Part shown: piece after piece, positions 63,801 to 64,000 of the stretch | Layout: every line of letters begins with the position of its first letter | How positions within the stretch are numbered: position 1 is the stretch's first letter | Origin: Octopus vulgaris | Lineage: Eukaryota | Reading direction: 5' to 3' | Assembly: GCA_951406725.2 (NCBI GenBank) | Contig: OX597816.1 | Coordinates: 109,678,001 to 109,742,000 of the forward strand | DNA length: 64,000 bases | Made by a program: the position numbers and the translations under genes | The notes under the pieces: model-generated | Seen by the model: only the letters and a program-made list of their open reading frames with translations | Told to the model about the DNA's origin: nothing | Database searches by the model: none

Positions 63801-64000
63801 TGTGGCCACCGCATCAGGATCTGCAATAGCCCCTATACACACTTTCCTATAGATTCTTTGAGTATTGTTCTATTGAAGGATATGATTTTTTTTCCAACAA
63901 CCATTGTTAGCTTAGTCTCAGCAGTTTACCAAAATCTACTAGTATAGCCATGTGTAGTGACTAATACAATAAAGTTGACCAAGCGTAGAGATAACCGAGA

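Noticed and set aside
62650-63850. Possible decayed hAT-type transposase on minus
   Set aside because: Only faint fragmentary resemblance and no TIRs found; needs a tBLASTn/HMM search.

Overview
AT-rich eukaryotic DNA dominated by microsatellites and transposon relics. The tRNA-SINE families, RTE/CR1/Dong LINEs and (TA)n density suggest an octopus/cephalopod genome (inference). I found no confidently supported host gene, so this is probably intergenic or a large intron, and most ORFs in the track are microsatellite artefacts. Supported elements: four mariner relics, a mariner MITE, two Tc1-like transposons, a PIF1-bearing Helitron and several small non-autonomous Helitrons, an RTE LINE, two CR1/L2-type LINEs, five R4/Dong-type fragments in (AAT)n, Tx1-like LINE ends in (TTC)n and (CTAT)n, Penelope-like (GIY-YIG) relics and many tRNA-derived SINEs. 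The least obvious signals are: (1) several hammerhead-ribozyme motifs tied to Penelope-like/retrozyme-like repeats, one apparently intact at 11426-11530; (2) perfect or near-perfect 300-500 bp fold-back palindromes inside (TA)n tracts; (3) a SINE 3' tail shared with the CR1/L2-type LINE; (4) a ~70 bp direct repeat flanking the RTE; and (5) retroelement clades partitioned among different microsatellite targets. All calls were made by eye and boundaries are approximate.
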